Origin: Paraspadella gotoi
Taxonomy: Eukaryota > Animalia > Chaetognatha
Assembly (NCBI GenBank): GCA_051294375.1
Contig: CM119265.1
Coordinates: forward strand, 4,997,951-5,061,950
Length of the DNA stretch: 64,000 nt
Reading direction: 5' to 3'
Every line of letters starts with the position of its first letter. Position 1 is the first letter of the stretch. A program made the translations under genes and the position numbers. Positions 30,401 to 46,742 of this stretch are shown here, in pieces. The notes under the pieces were generated by a model. The model did no database searches. It saw nothing but the letters and a program-made list of their open reading frames with translations, and was not told the origin of the DNA.

Positions 30401-32143
30401 GGAAATGAGTTTAAGTGGAAAAAACAAAAAAATATATTTTACTATTTGAACACCAATTACTCACGAGTGGATGGGCCGATTGACTTAAAATTTTGTATTT
30501 GGGTAAAAATATGTGTGATTAAACTGGAAATCAAGTTTCGATGGAATCGTTTGAGTGGAAATGAATTTAAATGGAAAAAACAAACCTGTTTCACGAATTG
30601 ATTATACTTCTTTTTTTTATTTTAAATGTAAATACAAGATGTATTAATTAATCAAATAATTAATCAGTTAATTAATTAGTCAATTAATCAATAATTAATT
30701 AATAAGTTAATCAATCAAAACCAACATTTTGGATCAAATTAATTAATTGCATAATTTATTAAATAATTACCTTGAATAAATTAATTATTAATTAATTAAC
30801 ATGAATTAATTATTAATTAATTACCGATAATGATCGTGGGCAGATCCGACATTGTTTGCTCAAACTTGTTTTACTACTTTTAAATTATTTTTAACCCTAA
30901 CCCTTACCTAATCCCGGTCGGCGAAAGTAAAAGTAACCCGAATACAACGCCTTGTAGTGTACCTATGATAATAAAATTGTGTGAATGCTTTCTTTCGTTG
31001 TGTTTAGGAATTTGTTTCAGGGAAGAAAATTTTTATTTTTGTTTACAAACAACGTGTTTTAATAGAAACAATTATTTACTTACAAGCAAGTCGAAATATA
31101 TCCGTTAATAATTGTTTCTATTGAAACCGTTATTTTTGAACAAAAATACAAATTTTCTTCCCTCAAACAGATAATAAAACTGAAATGTTGAAACTTAAAG
31201 GTGGCGAGAACAAGACTAAGAGAACCAGGAAGAAAATATCGTCATTTCTGGCAAACGTTGCATACTGTTTTTACGGAAGAAGGAATTAGGGGCATCTATC
31301 GAGGGCTTGGGACCCAACTCTTGCGGCAGATTCCCAACACCGCTTTTATGATGGCTACCTATGAAGGTAAATATATAGGCGCTACACAATTCAATTGTAC
31401 CGATGATTACAGAAGGCTACATATTATAAAATGAGGTACCCCTTTTTTGTGACCAGAATCAGTTCCCACCAAACTACCTGATCGAGTTTCATGAAATTTA
31501 ATGACAATATAAATGGAACTATCGAGGCGAATTTTGATATTCAACCCCTGACAAGAGATAAAGGGCCCTGGGGGTGGACCTCTGGGGGGCCAAAAAAGGG
31601 AAAAAATTTTTTTTAAATGTTTTAACATTTTTAGTAGCATCAGCTGATATCATTAACTGTTCTCCTTTTTATTCTCCATTTGGTTAAATTTAATAATATT
31701 TAATGTTTTGTAAATTTGAAATTGTTGTTTATAAAGGGCTGAAGATAGCAATACCAAGAGTTTAATTTGCTTATGGCAGATTTAAAATTTTTAAACTATA
31801 CCCCATTTAAAGAATAATTTTTAATGGTTATTAATTTTTTTTTTTATCTTTTTACTCATTTTATTTATGATTTATTTCATGCTTTTTACTTCATGTTTAT
31901 TCAATGAGGTTTCATTATTAGTAAAAATAATTCTTGTTGTGATTATAGATCAATTAACTTCTTCCAGGTATTGTTTACCTGCTTGGAGGAAAGACCGAAG
32001 CTTCTGAAATGCGAAAAAAGTATCATAAGTTGCAACCAGCAGAAAATGATACTAGGAAGGTTCAATATTCACAAGATACTTCACACAGAGAACCTTATTC
32101 GGTGTCTTCAAATATTAATTCAAGGTTAATACTAATATTTTAA
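27466..32143 (+). CDS. SLC25A36: Mitochondrial pyrimidine nucleotide carrier SLC25A33/36-like. Exons 27466-27482, 28838-28972, 29033-29115, 29206-29722, 31201-31366, 31968-32143; 3' end uncertain (possible extra exon 33957-34089)
   Basis: [50 protein letters not shown]: three carrier signature repeats. Confidence 0.9.
27508..28780. mobile_element. Diverged TIR DNA element filling SLC25 intron 1 and hosting the family A element
   Basis: gtccgttcgcgagtgccaccaaaaaaa ... tttttttggtgtcgcttgtgaacggac; inner IR actggacgttt/aaacgtccagt. Confidence 0.55.
28033..28666 (-). mobile_element. Full-length family A miniature LTR retrotransposon: 5' LTR 28666-28441, PBS 28439-28427, PPT ~28276-28265, 3' LTR 28262-28033, TSD ATAT
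   Basis: Two direct LTRs; TGGTGAGCCCGAC right after the 5' LTR; G-rich tract right before the 3' LTR; internal region matches 50164-50351. Confidence 0.92.
30122..30872 (+). mobile_element. DINE-1/HINE-like non-autonomous Helentron
   Basis: 5' subTIR gtcggatctgc with adjacent IR gcagatcccgac, (GTCC)n, 3' subTIR gcagatccgac, stem-loop gtttgctcaaac, T-rich ends. Confidence 0.75.
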
Positions 32144-32355
32144 TTATTTTGTTTGTAAATCAGTTTTATGTATTAAAATATTTATTACAGTAATTAAGCT
32201 GTTCCAAATTACATTTTAGATGTGCCGTTACCGTTTCAGTACCTGGGGCGAAACCTCTGCACCAAACCTATTCCACGCTGGCTTTAAGCGCAACTGCAGG
32301 TAGATTGACCCATGGGATTTATTGACTTTATAAGAAGTTAACAATAACCAACAAG

Positions 32356-33098
32356 ATTGGCAACTGAAGGATTCCCTGGGATACCCGGGTCGCGCTGGGT
32401 ATCTCACCAACTGGCGTCGAGGATGCGGACCCTCAGTGACCACCTCCTGTCACTGGCATGTTTGGACCGGCTCCATCACATTTAAGCCAGAACCGGGATA
32501 CCCAGGGATTGAACCCGGGACACATGGTTGTAATGAGATTATTTAGCCTGCTCACCCTGCTCAGCCATTGAGATGAGGCTGAGGAATGAGGATGGACAGC
32601 AGCGAGGCAGCTTTAAGTCGTGCTGCCACAGGATGCCCTCACCAGACTTCTTCCCAGGGGCCTCAATTCTGAGGAGATGTCTGAGAGAAGGTGTTGAACT
32701 CATTGTCATAGCGAGAGCGAGGGAATCTGGAGTGTTACCAGAGAAGTAGGGCATAGGCATGATATGCATTGCATACCCTGAGCAATGTAAGCGTGGGCAC
32801 ACAGTGCCCAAGTGGTTGTGCGTTTTATAGCAGGGCTCACCACTTATAGCAATGGAAGGATTGCCTGTGATACCTGGGACGCAGGGTATCTCACCAACTG
32901 GAGTAGGGGCTGCAGACCCTCAGTGACCGTCTCCTGTCAGTGGCATGTTTAGACCGGCTCCGTTATATTTAAGCCAGAACCTGAATACCCAGGGATTGAA
33001 CCCGTGACACGGTTGAAACGAGATTATTTAGCCTGCTCAGCCATTGAGACAAGGCTGAGGACCGCAGGAGTGAGGCAACTTTAAGTCGTGCTGCCACA
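32356..33098 (-). mobile_element. Full-length family B miniature LTR retrotransposon: 5' LTR 33098-32845, PBS 32842-32833, 3' LTR 32630-32356; degraded TSD caag/caat
   Basis: Diverged direct repeats starting TGTGGCAGCAC; A-box TGGCTGAGCAGG and B-box GGTTCAATCCC; PBS TGGTGAGCCC; PPT weak. Confidence 0.78.
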
Positions 33099-34921
33099 CA
33101 ATTCAATTTTCTCATGGGGACGTATTTCTTGATGATCACGTGACTACACAAAACAGTACACACGTATGAAACATATTTTCATAAGCATCTTCTTTTTATC
33201 GCTTCTTTTTATTCACTAAAATAATGAAATATGACATGAAATAAACAGCATTGACTTTCTGATCACTTGACCTGATTTTTTCGTGGTCACGTGACTATAT
33301 ACCAATAAAGCTTAATGATACCTCGCCCCGCTGAGAATTATTAACTAAAATAATTCGGTATTTGGTCAATCTTATTGTATTTAATTTTTGGAATTTCACG
33401 GAAAGAGCTTTGCCAAGAGCAGGACGTACCCTGCCGACACTCGTCTCGGCGATACGTTCGGACTTGAGAAATTTAGAAAGCGACTTTTTTTAATTTTAGC
33501 CGGTTAGACGAGATAGAAGTCTCGTATCTGAAGCGTCTTTGCCTATCTTCGCTACGGAGCGTTAGTATTTGGTCCAATAAGTGGTTTAAACCGGGCGTCA
33601 GTTCGGATTTACCCAAGGTTGGCCTTGTCTGCCAAGAAGTCTGGCAAGAAGTCTTATAGCACGATTGAGACTACCGCGGATTACTCATTACTCATGTTGG
33701 TATCAAATTTTTCTGACAGGAAAACTTTGGTCTATGACAAACGAACCCTAAAAAAAAACGGATCATACCGGACCTCGTAGGGGCTGACCAAAACAATGAA
33801 ATCTCGAAAGAAAAAAGCTAAAAATAGGAACAACAAATGTTCTGACCTTAAGTAGTTTCTTAAGTTGTTTTAATTACATTATTGTCCGACATTCGCGTAA
33901 ATTATTATTGTTAAGTTCTAATATTCTTACTTATTAAAGTTGATTATTTCCTTTAGGAACAACTAATGGAATAATAACAGTATCGACTGATACCGTTCAT
34001 ACAAATAAACAAAAGGCAATCAACAAAGTTGATGATGAATCCGATCTTGAAAATGCAACTTGTGAGCACGAAGAGGAAGATTTTTGACTTTTGTCGATAA
34101 ATTGCTTTTACAATTTAATAATTAAAATGTTTTTATTTTTTTAAATTTTCTGTTTGTGTTTATGTATATAGACATAAGATCATTTCATAAGTTGCCAAAG
34201 AATTACACGAAGTTGATAACAACTTTGAACTTACATTATTTTCTGCGCCTGAGATTTACTTTTAAATTGTTCCAGTTTCTATGACTTTTTCGCTCAAAAA
34301 ATGTTTATTTAATATTCATTGACATTTTGATTTATAAATTGAGTAAATTGATGTTTACTTTAACGTCGAAGATTGATGATTTTAATTGATTAATCAAGTC
34401 AATAACATTAGGTAATTTTCATGTGTTTCTCATACTAGCTACACTCCCAGTAGAAATAAAATTCATCACAACGATATAAATATTGAATTTATGAACGTTG
34501 TCAAACGGCTCAGTAAGTAGCATAAATCGCATGTGATACTCCGAGAGCGGGGCATCTTACCGGTTTAGGCACTCCCCGAAAGATTTTAAAATAATGTATT
34601 TTAGCCCGTTGCGTCGCCTTAACTAAGAGCCTTTATTATTCTACGCATTAAAACAATTTAAGTGTAAAAAGTAAAACTTATTCCTTCCTGATATAACGGT
34701 GGACCAAGTATTTTTTTTTTTTAATTTTGGGTTATATTAACCTAGATTAGGCAGTAGGCGATGGAACAATAAATGAAAGTATTAAATTATTCGTAGACCA
34801 GAAAAAAAAAAAACTGCGGAAACGAACATTGATTACAACTTTTTGTCGCATTTTAATCGTATATATTTTTGGCATTAATTTGTTTCCGTGTTGATGATTC
34901 CTAAAGGAACCTTTAGTTTGA

Positions 34922-40198
<5,277 letters not shown>

Positions 40199-40940
40199 CG
40201 GAAGTTGCGGGGGGTGAATGAGGCGTACCGCAGCTGAGGAGATTCCACGCGAAAAAAGTCTAACTTTAAACGGTAATGTTAATGTAATGTAATGTTAATG
40301 TTCTCTTTTTTCTCTCTTTCCGTAAGTTATACTTGATTACAGAAAATTTTTACTTTGTATGTAAATGGTTAATGCAGAAAATTACGAATTATTTAGTTTA
40401 GGAATCAATTAATTGATTGTGAATTAATTGACCAAAAGAAGGAGTTTATTAATTATTTTTTTCTCAAAATATTTCATTTTTTTTCTACCAACCTATAATT
40501 CTTTAATAATGTTTATCTCGTTTATTTTAATCATTTAGTTGTTATTTAGTCAATTGATTTCTTTTTAGTAACAATTCCTTTATTTAAAAAAAAAAAATCC
40601 AACCAGGCGTCACCTAAGAGAGATGCCAAAATAGTTAGGTTCTGAATCTTTGACGCTAACGACGACGAGAAGCGCGAGCGCGCACCAGAGAGAGATAGAC
40701 TGAGAGAGCGCGCGAGAGAGAGTCTGTTTTTTTCTTATCGAGTTGTGGCGGCTATGATAGCGACGATGAAGACGAGCCGTGGGGTGGGGGCGTTTGAAGT
40801 CGGATGAAGTCGAAAACGAAAAGCGTCAAAGAAATCCTTGAATAATAAGAACAACAAAATGGGGAGGGTGAGGTTGATTTTACATCTTCATCTTGAAGTC
40901 AGTCAATCTTGTTGAGAGGTCGTCTGCAAAAATAGCAAAT

Positions 40941-41080
40941 TGTGGCGGCATATTCACACCGCCTCACATCCACCATCGTTCAGCCAATCCCGTTGGCAAA
41001 GCGAGTCCGTCCTAGGGTAACCGAGCCAGTGACAGGAGGCGTCACTGAGGGTCGGAAGCCCCCAACCCGGCTGTTCCATA
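40941..41080 (+). mobile_element. 140-bp solo LTR related to family B, TG...TA ends, perfect TSD AAAT
   Basis: aaat|TGTGGCGGCA...GTTCCATA|aaat; shares gccagtgacaggagg..gtcactgagggtc with family B. Confidence 0.75.
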
Positions 41081-42463
41081 AAATAACTGATACATTTGAA
41101 ATTAGGTTTCCGTTGTTTTTTTTTTAAGCCGTTACTGTGTATCGTTATTTTATTAAAGTCGCAGGACTCTAAAACTATAAATTATGCAAAAAACAATTTG
41201 ATGCCTTCCTCCCGCCAAATGTACAGTCATGTGAAAAAAAATCGCGCCACTTTATTTCAAACATTAAAAATTACCCTATTTCCTTAAATTAAAAAAAAAA
41301 AATTAAAAATTAATAAAAGTTTATTAAAAGATGATAAGTTTGGTATAAAATTTATTAAAATAGGAACATCCGTTTATGAGCAGTGATTTTACTCTACCGC
41401 AAAGCTGAACGTAAAAAAATTTTGTATTTTTTATGGTAGATTAAAAATAAAAAAAATTATACTGAATATCTGAAAAGATAACTGAATAACTGGATTGCCC
41501 TAAATCCTTAAATAATAATCATAAAGTTATTGAAACATATAATGAATGATAGATCCATAATACTAAAGCTTTTAAATAAAAGTTAATTTTCTTTTTTGGT
41601 TTAAGAATACTCAAGTTTAAAAAAATTATATCTCTTAAACCACTTAACCAATTGTAATTTATACATATTCATTTTTTTTCATTTTTTTTATATGATTTTT
41701 AAAAATATTTTTATAAAGTATCTGGAATTTAAAGTTATAAAATGGCGCGTTTTTTTAGCACAAGTGTGTAACCAAATATAGAATGTGAAAAAATTTTTTT
41801 AAAAATAAAGCGAGGAAAGCGCCAGTCAAGCCGTTGAAATTGAAGAACGCGCACTGCACCCGACCTTAAATTTTTATCGATTTAACTCAGCTATTCCCGG
41901 TCGACCAGCTCACAGCTGACTAAAAATATTGATTGCTAATAAAGTAAAAATTTTATTTATTTATATAGTTTTTAATTCTTATGGTTTAGGTTCAAAAAGC
42001 AACAAAGTAAGCACTTTACTATGAGACTGATTTTTTTAGGATTCCAAAATTTTGATATTGCAAAAAAAATTTGAAATTCAAATTAGCAGTTTTAAAGGTT
42101 CCATGATAGCGTTTACGGATCCGTAGGAATAAAAAGGGCAGGTATTATCGGCAACAGAAAGAAAATAGAACAAGAACCTACAAGCTTAAGGTGTTGCGCC
42201 GCAGTAAATTTATTTTATTCAGACATTTTTTAAAAATTTAACAATAATTTAATAACAAAAATAATAAATATTTTATCGTTTTTTATTTTTATAAAATATT
42301 AATTTAATTATGTAAATAATGTAATTATGTAATGTTATGTATTTAACCATATAGACTTTATTTATATAATTTAATATTTATATGATTATATAATTATGAA
42401 TATAAGTAAGTATAAGTATAAGTATTTGTAACAAATATTTGAAAATATATATATTATTGTATT

Positions 42464-42697
42464 TATGGTGGACTAAAATCCACCAACCGTTCATCAGCGG
42501 CCATTGGTGCCGGAGGCAAGTCATTCGCCTCCCAACCCAAAGGTCCGGGGTTCTAGCCCGGTGGTCGTCTGGCAGTTAAGAGGGACGGGGCGCTTAACCC
42601 GCCTGTAACATGGTGTTACAGCCTGATCCGAAGCTCAGGGACTGCTTATATTGAACGGTTCTGTCATTAACATTTATCAATAATTATTGTTTCTTCA
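42464..42697 (+). mobile_element. Family A solo LTR, TSD TATT
   Basis: tatt|TATGG...CTTCA|tatt; near-identical to 14643-14876. Confidence 0.92.
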
Positions 42698-43228
42698 TAT
42701 TCTTATTTTTATTATTTAATCATTTAATTATATTTACAGGTGATTATATAAATTACATAACTAGTGATGCTAGTGCGGAGTACAATAAGTATTCCCCGAT
42801 CTAATACTTAAGGGAGTGGTCTTTTCATACAATTGAAACATTCTTTGAAATATTTTCCACTTCATTGATAGGGAAGCCTGGTACTCTGGGAGTGAATAAA
42901 CGAGACTGTGAGAGAGTCTTGATTGAAAGCTTGCAGGGACCTGCTATGTCATTATCTTGTAAGAGTGATGGAGGCCTTAAACCACCAAAGCCTGTCCAAA
43001 GTCAGGGGCAAGATAGCTTATTTATTGAATGAATGGATAATTTTTATATTGGTTGTACCAATTTCATAACTTTATAAATATAAAAAGTATAAATTTAGGC
43101 TATTAAATAATGATTAAATTTATATAATATTACCTTAATTATATAAATTTAAATTAAAAATAGAATTAACAAGCAGATAGAGGGACCGACCGAAAAGTGA
43201 CTTTTAGTAATACTATAAAGGGAAAAAA

Positions 43229-43290
<62 letters not shown>

Positions 43291-45036
43291 CAATTTCAGG
43301 TGAACAGTCGTTGCGATTCCAACTTGAAAACGTCCGATCATTTTTATCGGTACTTTAAGATTTACGCCCCCTTTTTCCAAAAAAAAGGGACAGGTTTTAG
43401 ATATGGCTGGGGCAAAGAAACTTCCTGTCTCTACAAAGGTGAAGAAATATAAAGCGATCTAGAATGACGTTTAAAAAATGTAATTTCGTAATAAAACTCT
43501 TGACGTAATACTCTTGAATAAGTAAACTAAATTTGCTAGTCTCTCGACGCAAAAATTGCGCGACCATTCGTGCGCCTCGTTCGTGTCATCATGCTCACGC
43601 CAGAGAATATTCCCATCAAACTCTTTGCCAATTTTATTTACGAGATGAAATCAAATTCTTCACAATCTGCGGTAGATTGGCGCTTCTTTTATGGAGTGAT
43701 AACAGGGGTTTTCAAATTCCGAATCACCCGCGAGAATGGGGAGCCGAGACTCTCTTTCGACCAAGAAATGGTCTCATTTGATCGGAAAAAGGAAAAAAAA
43801 AAAAAACTCCCAGTGAAAGACGGAGATGGATAGAAGAAGGAAAGTGAGTTGTTGGATTCAACTAAATACCTCAGAACAGACCAGATTGCACATTGCAGAA
43901 CCTTCGAATCACAATCGAATTCAATCTCTAAATCTGTCATGCCATTTACTCTGTTAAAAAATTATCTTCCTTGCTTGGTGGTCTTACAACTAGATCAGGC
44001 ACGGCCTATGGGAAAAAAAGGGAAAGGCTGAGAAGTTGACAGTGTTAGGAAGTAAAGCTGTACCAGTGGTAAATGACGCAGAACAAAGGAAGGACACCAC
44101 AAAAGAGAGGGCGCCAGTGAGTTGAGGGAAATAAAAGAATAGGAGTCGCTTGTATAATGGAGGAAAGAAATTGAGCTAACGACACAAAAGGTAAGACCTT
44201 GGAAAACCTTTAGTGAAAAGTAAGTATATCTGATCAAAGAACTAGTAATAGAAAATAATTAAAACGTTGACTTTAAAAAGAACAATTTTTGAGATTTAGC
44301 ATTTTCATCTTATGTAATTTTTTGGTCTCAGGATGACAGATTAGTACAATGAGACCATGTGTTAAGTTTGGAATATACAGTTTCATACTTCTTAAACACG
44401 CGAGAATTTAGGTGAACATCATTTTGCCATAACTCAATATAAAAAAAGTAATACTTCAAAATTTCGTCGCTCTTTACATTTTTCGTAAAAATAGTACCAA
44501 ACGAAAAACGCTGGTACGGCGAAAGGCGAAAGAGCTTCTTAGGATTAACTCAACCGTTCGAGACGCGATGATGATGCTAAACGAAGAAGACGATCAGTCG
44601 AGAAGGAAAAGGAAAAAAAAAGTAGAGGAAGGTGAGGAAACGGAGGCTGCCGAGGTAAGTCAAGCAACAGGCGAAGAGGTGAGGAGGAAGAACCGAGGAG
44701 AAAAGCGGGCGAAAAGAATCGAGTGCAAAAATATAAATGGAAAAATCAAGCGCGAGAGCGACAGCGACGCCACGTGGAGAGACGGGAAAAAATGAAGATA
44801 GTTTTTATGAAGTGCTTCACGAGCCGAGGGAAAGAGCGAGAGCGGGAAAAAGAGAGATAGAAAGAGAGAGAATGAGAGGTCTGGGTTTGTCGTGTGTGGT
44901 GATTATGGTCGCGACGTATGATGAAGATGATAATGATTAACGTGGTAGGGGGGAGGGAGAAGTGAGTTCATTGTCGAACGGTCGATGAATTCCTGACTTC
45001 GTTAACTCTGCTAGAGTCATTTTTACTCCATAATAG

Positions 45037-45068
<32 letters not shown>

Positions 45069-45854
45069 GGTAGATAATTCTTAGTTTTTCCGGTTGCAAA
45101 TTTTTTTTTTTTGGTCTTTAAATAGTATAAGGCTTGTTGTATGTGAATGGAAGAAAAACGCAATAGCAGCATATTTGAAAAGTGTTTTAACCAGATTATT
45201 ATTTTTTGTCCCGAGTAGCCGAGTATCATTTAAAATAAAATACTTTAATCAGTAAAGGAACAAATCAGAAAACCTCTTCCGGATTTTCAAAGCACTTGAT
45301 GATTTTTTTCTCCAGTTTTCGGCATCGACTCTTTCGTCTTTGGCAATTCCGTCTGAAGAGATTAAGGAGGAAATGGCTTCGTTGCCATAATCGTCTTCAT
45401 CAAACGACAAGAACCGAGTTCGCCTCGTAGTCGTAATTTTCCTTCCATTTTTGAAAAAAAATATTCAAAATTTAATTGCTCATTTTATTCAATCATGGAA
45501 TCGAGAATGATTTTGAATTAATTTCATTATCAATGAAACTTTGGCACTTGAAAACTTTTTTCATATTGAAATTTAATGATAATTATTTAACGCTTTGGAT
45601 ATTTTAAGAGCGTTTCTCGGGAATCCTAGAGAAAAAATACGGTATGGACGTGATCCTGGGACCTCGATAACGGCGAACCAGTGACAAACTTCTGGAGACT
45701 TCACGATCCCATAAGTTAGCCAGGTACTCTGGGAGTGAATAAACAAGACTGTCCAAAGTCAGGGGCAAGATAGCTTGTTTAGTAAATGAATGGATAATTT
45801 TTATATTGGTGGTACCAATTTCATAAATCCGTTGTTGCCTAGCGTAAAAGAAAG

Positions 45855-45953
<99 letters not shown>

Positions 45954-46653
45954 CATAACAATCAGACGTGCGGGAGCGATGAGTTAGGATTGTGACGCGC
46001 TGTAACTTTCTACTCGCTACGATTGCTTTTCCGAAAAGGTATCTTTAACGGGAAGCTATTTCCGTTCGAATGTCCTCGTCGTTACAATTCGAGAAAACCA
46101 TTTGAGTATTGACAACTCACGGCCTTTTTTTCTAGAGATGGCATAGAGAAACTTTCACAATTCACCAATTCTTTTCATATCAATATTATACGCCCCTGAA
46201 GACTATTAATGTCCTTTGTAGAGCCCTCTACAGATGTTTTGTCTATTATTGATGTTAACGAAAAATTGATATAACAGTATCATCTAAGTATCAGTATAAG
46301 CTAAGTTTTTTTTTCACGAAAATAAATTATAAAAAGCCTATTGAATTTTTTTTATTTTTTATTTTTTCATCCCGTATCAAAGTGCAGCCGTTCGGGGACA
46401 TGGACAGCTTTCAACGAAATTCGATTGGGAGGGCGCGACCTTGCTGATAGCTTCACTCTTAGTTCCTTCGGTGCCATCATCACTGCCATAGGACAGAAAA
46501 AAAGTCGATGGGTGAATAAGGTTCTCCAAATCCACTGGATGATATCGAGTCACCATCGAGAAAGAAAAAGAAAGACAAAGAGGGAGAGAGAGAAAGTTAG
46601 TGAATAAAAAAGAAAGAAAGATAAAATCAGGAGTCCGCAGACCAGAGAGAGTC

Positions 46654-46742
<89 letters not shown>

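Noticed and set aside
32395-32470. HDV-like ribozyme in the shared hairpin module
   Set aside because: I could not build P1/P1.1/P2 with the required G+1 and catalytic C in all copies.
43533-44940. Short ORFs in the SGK-dynamin intergenic region
   Set aside because: Low-complexity purine-rich sequence with no recognisable domain or coherent exon chain.
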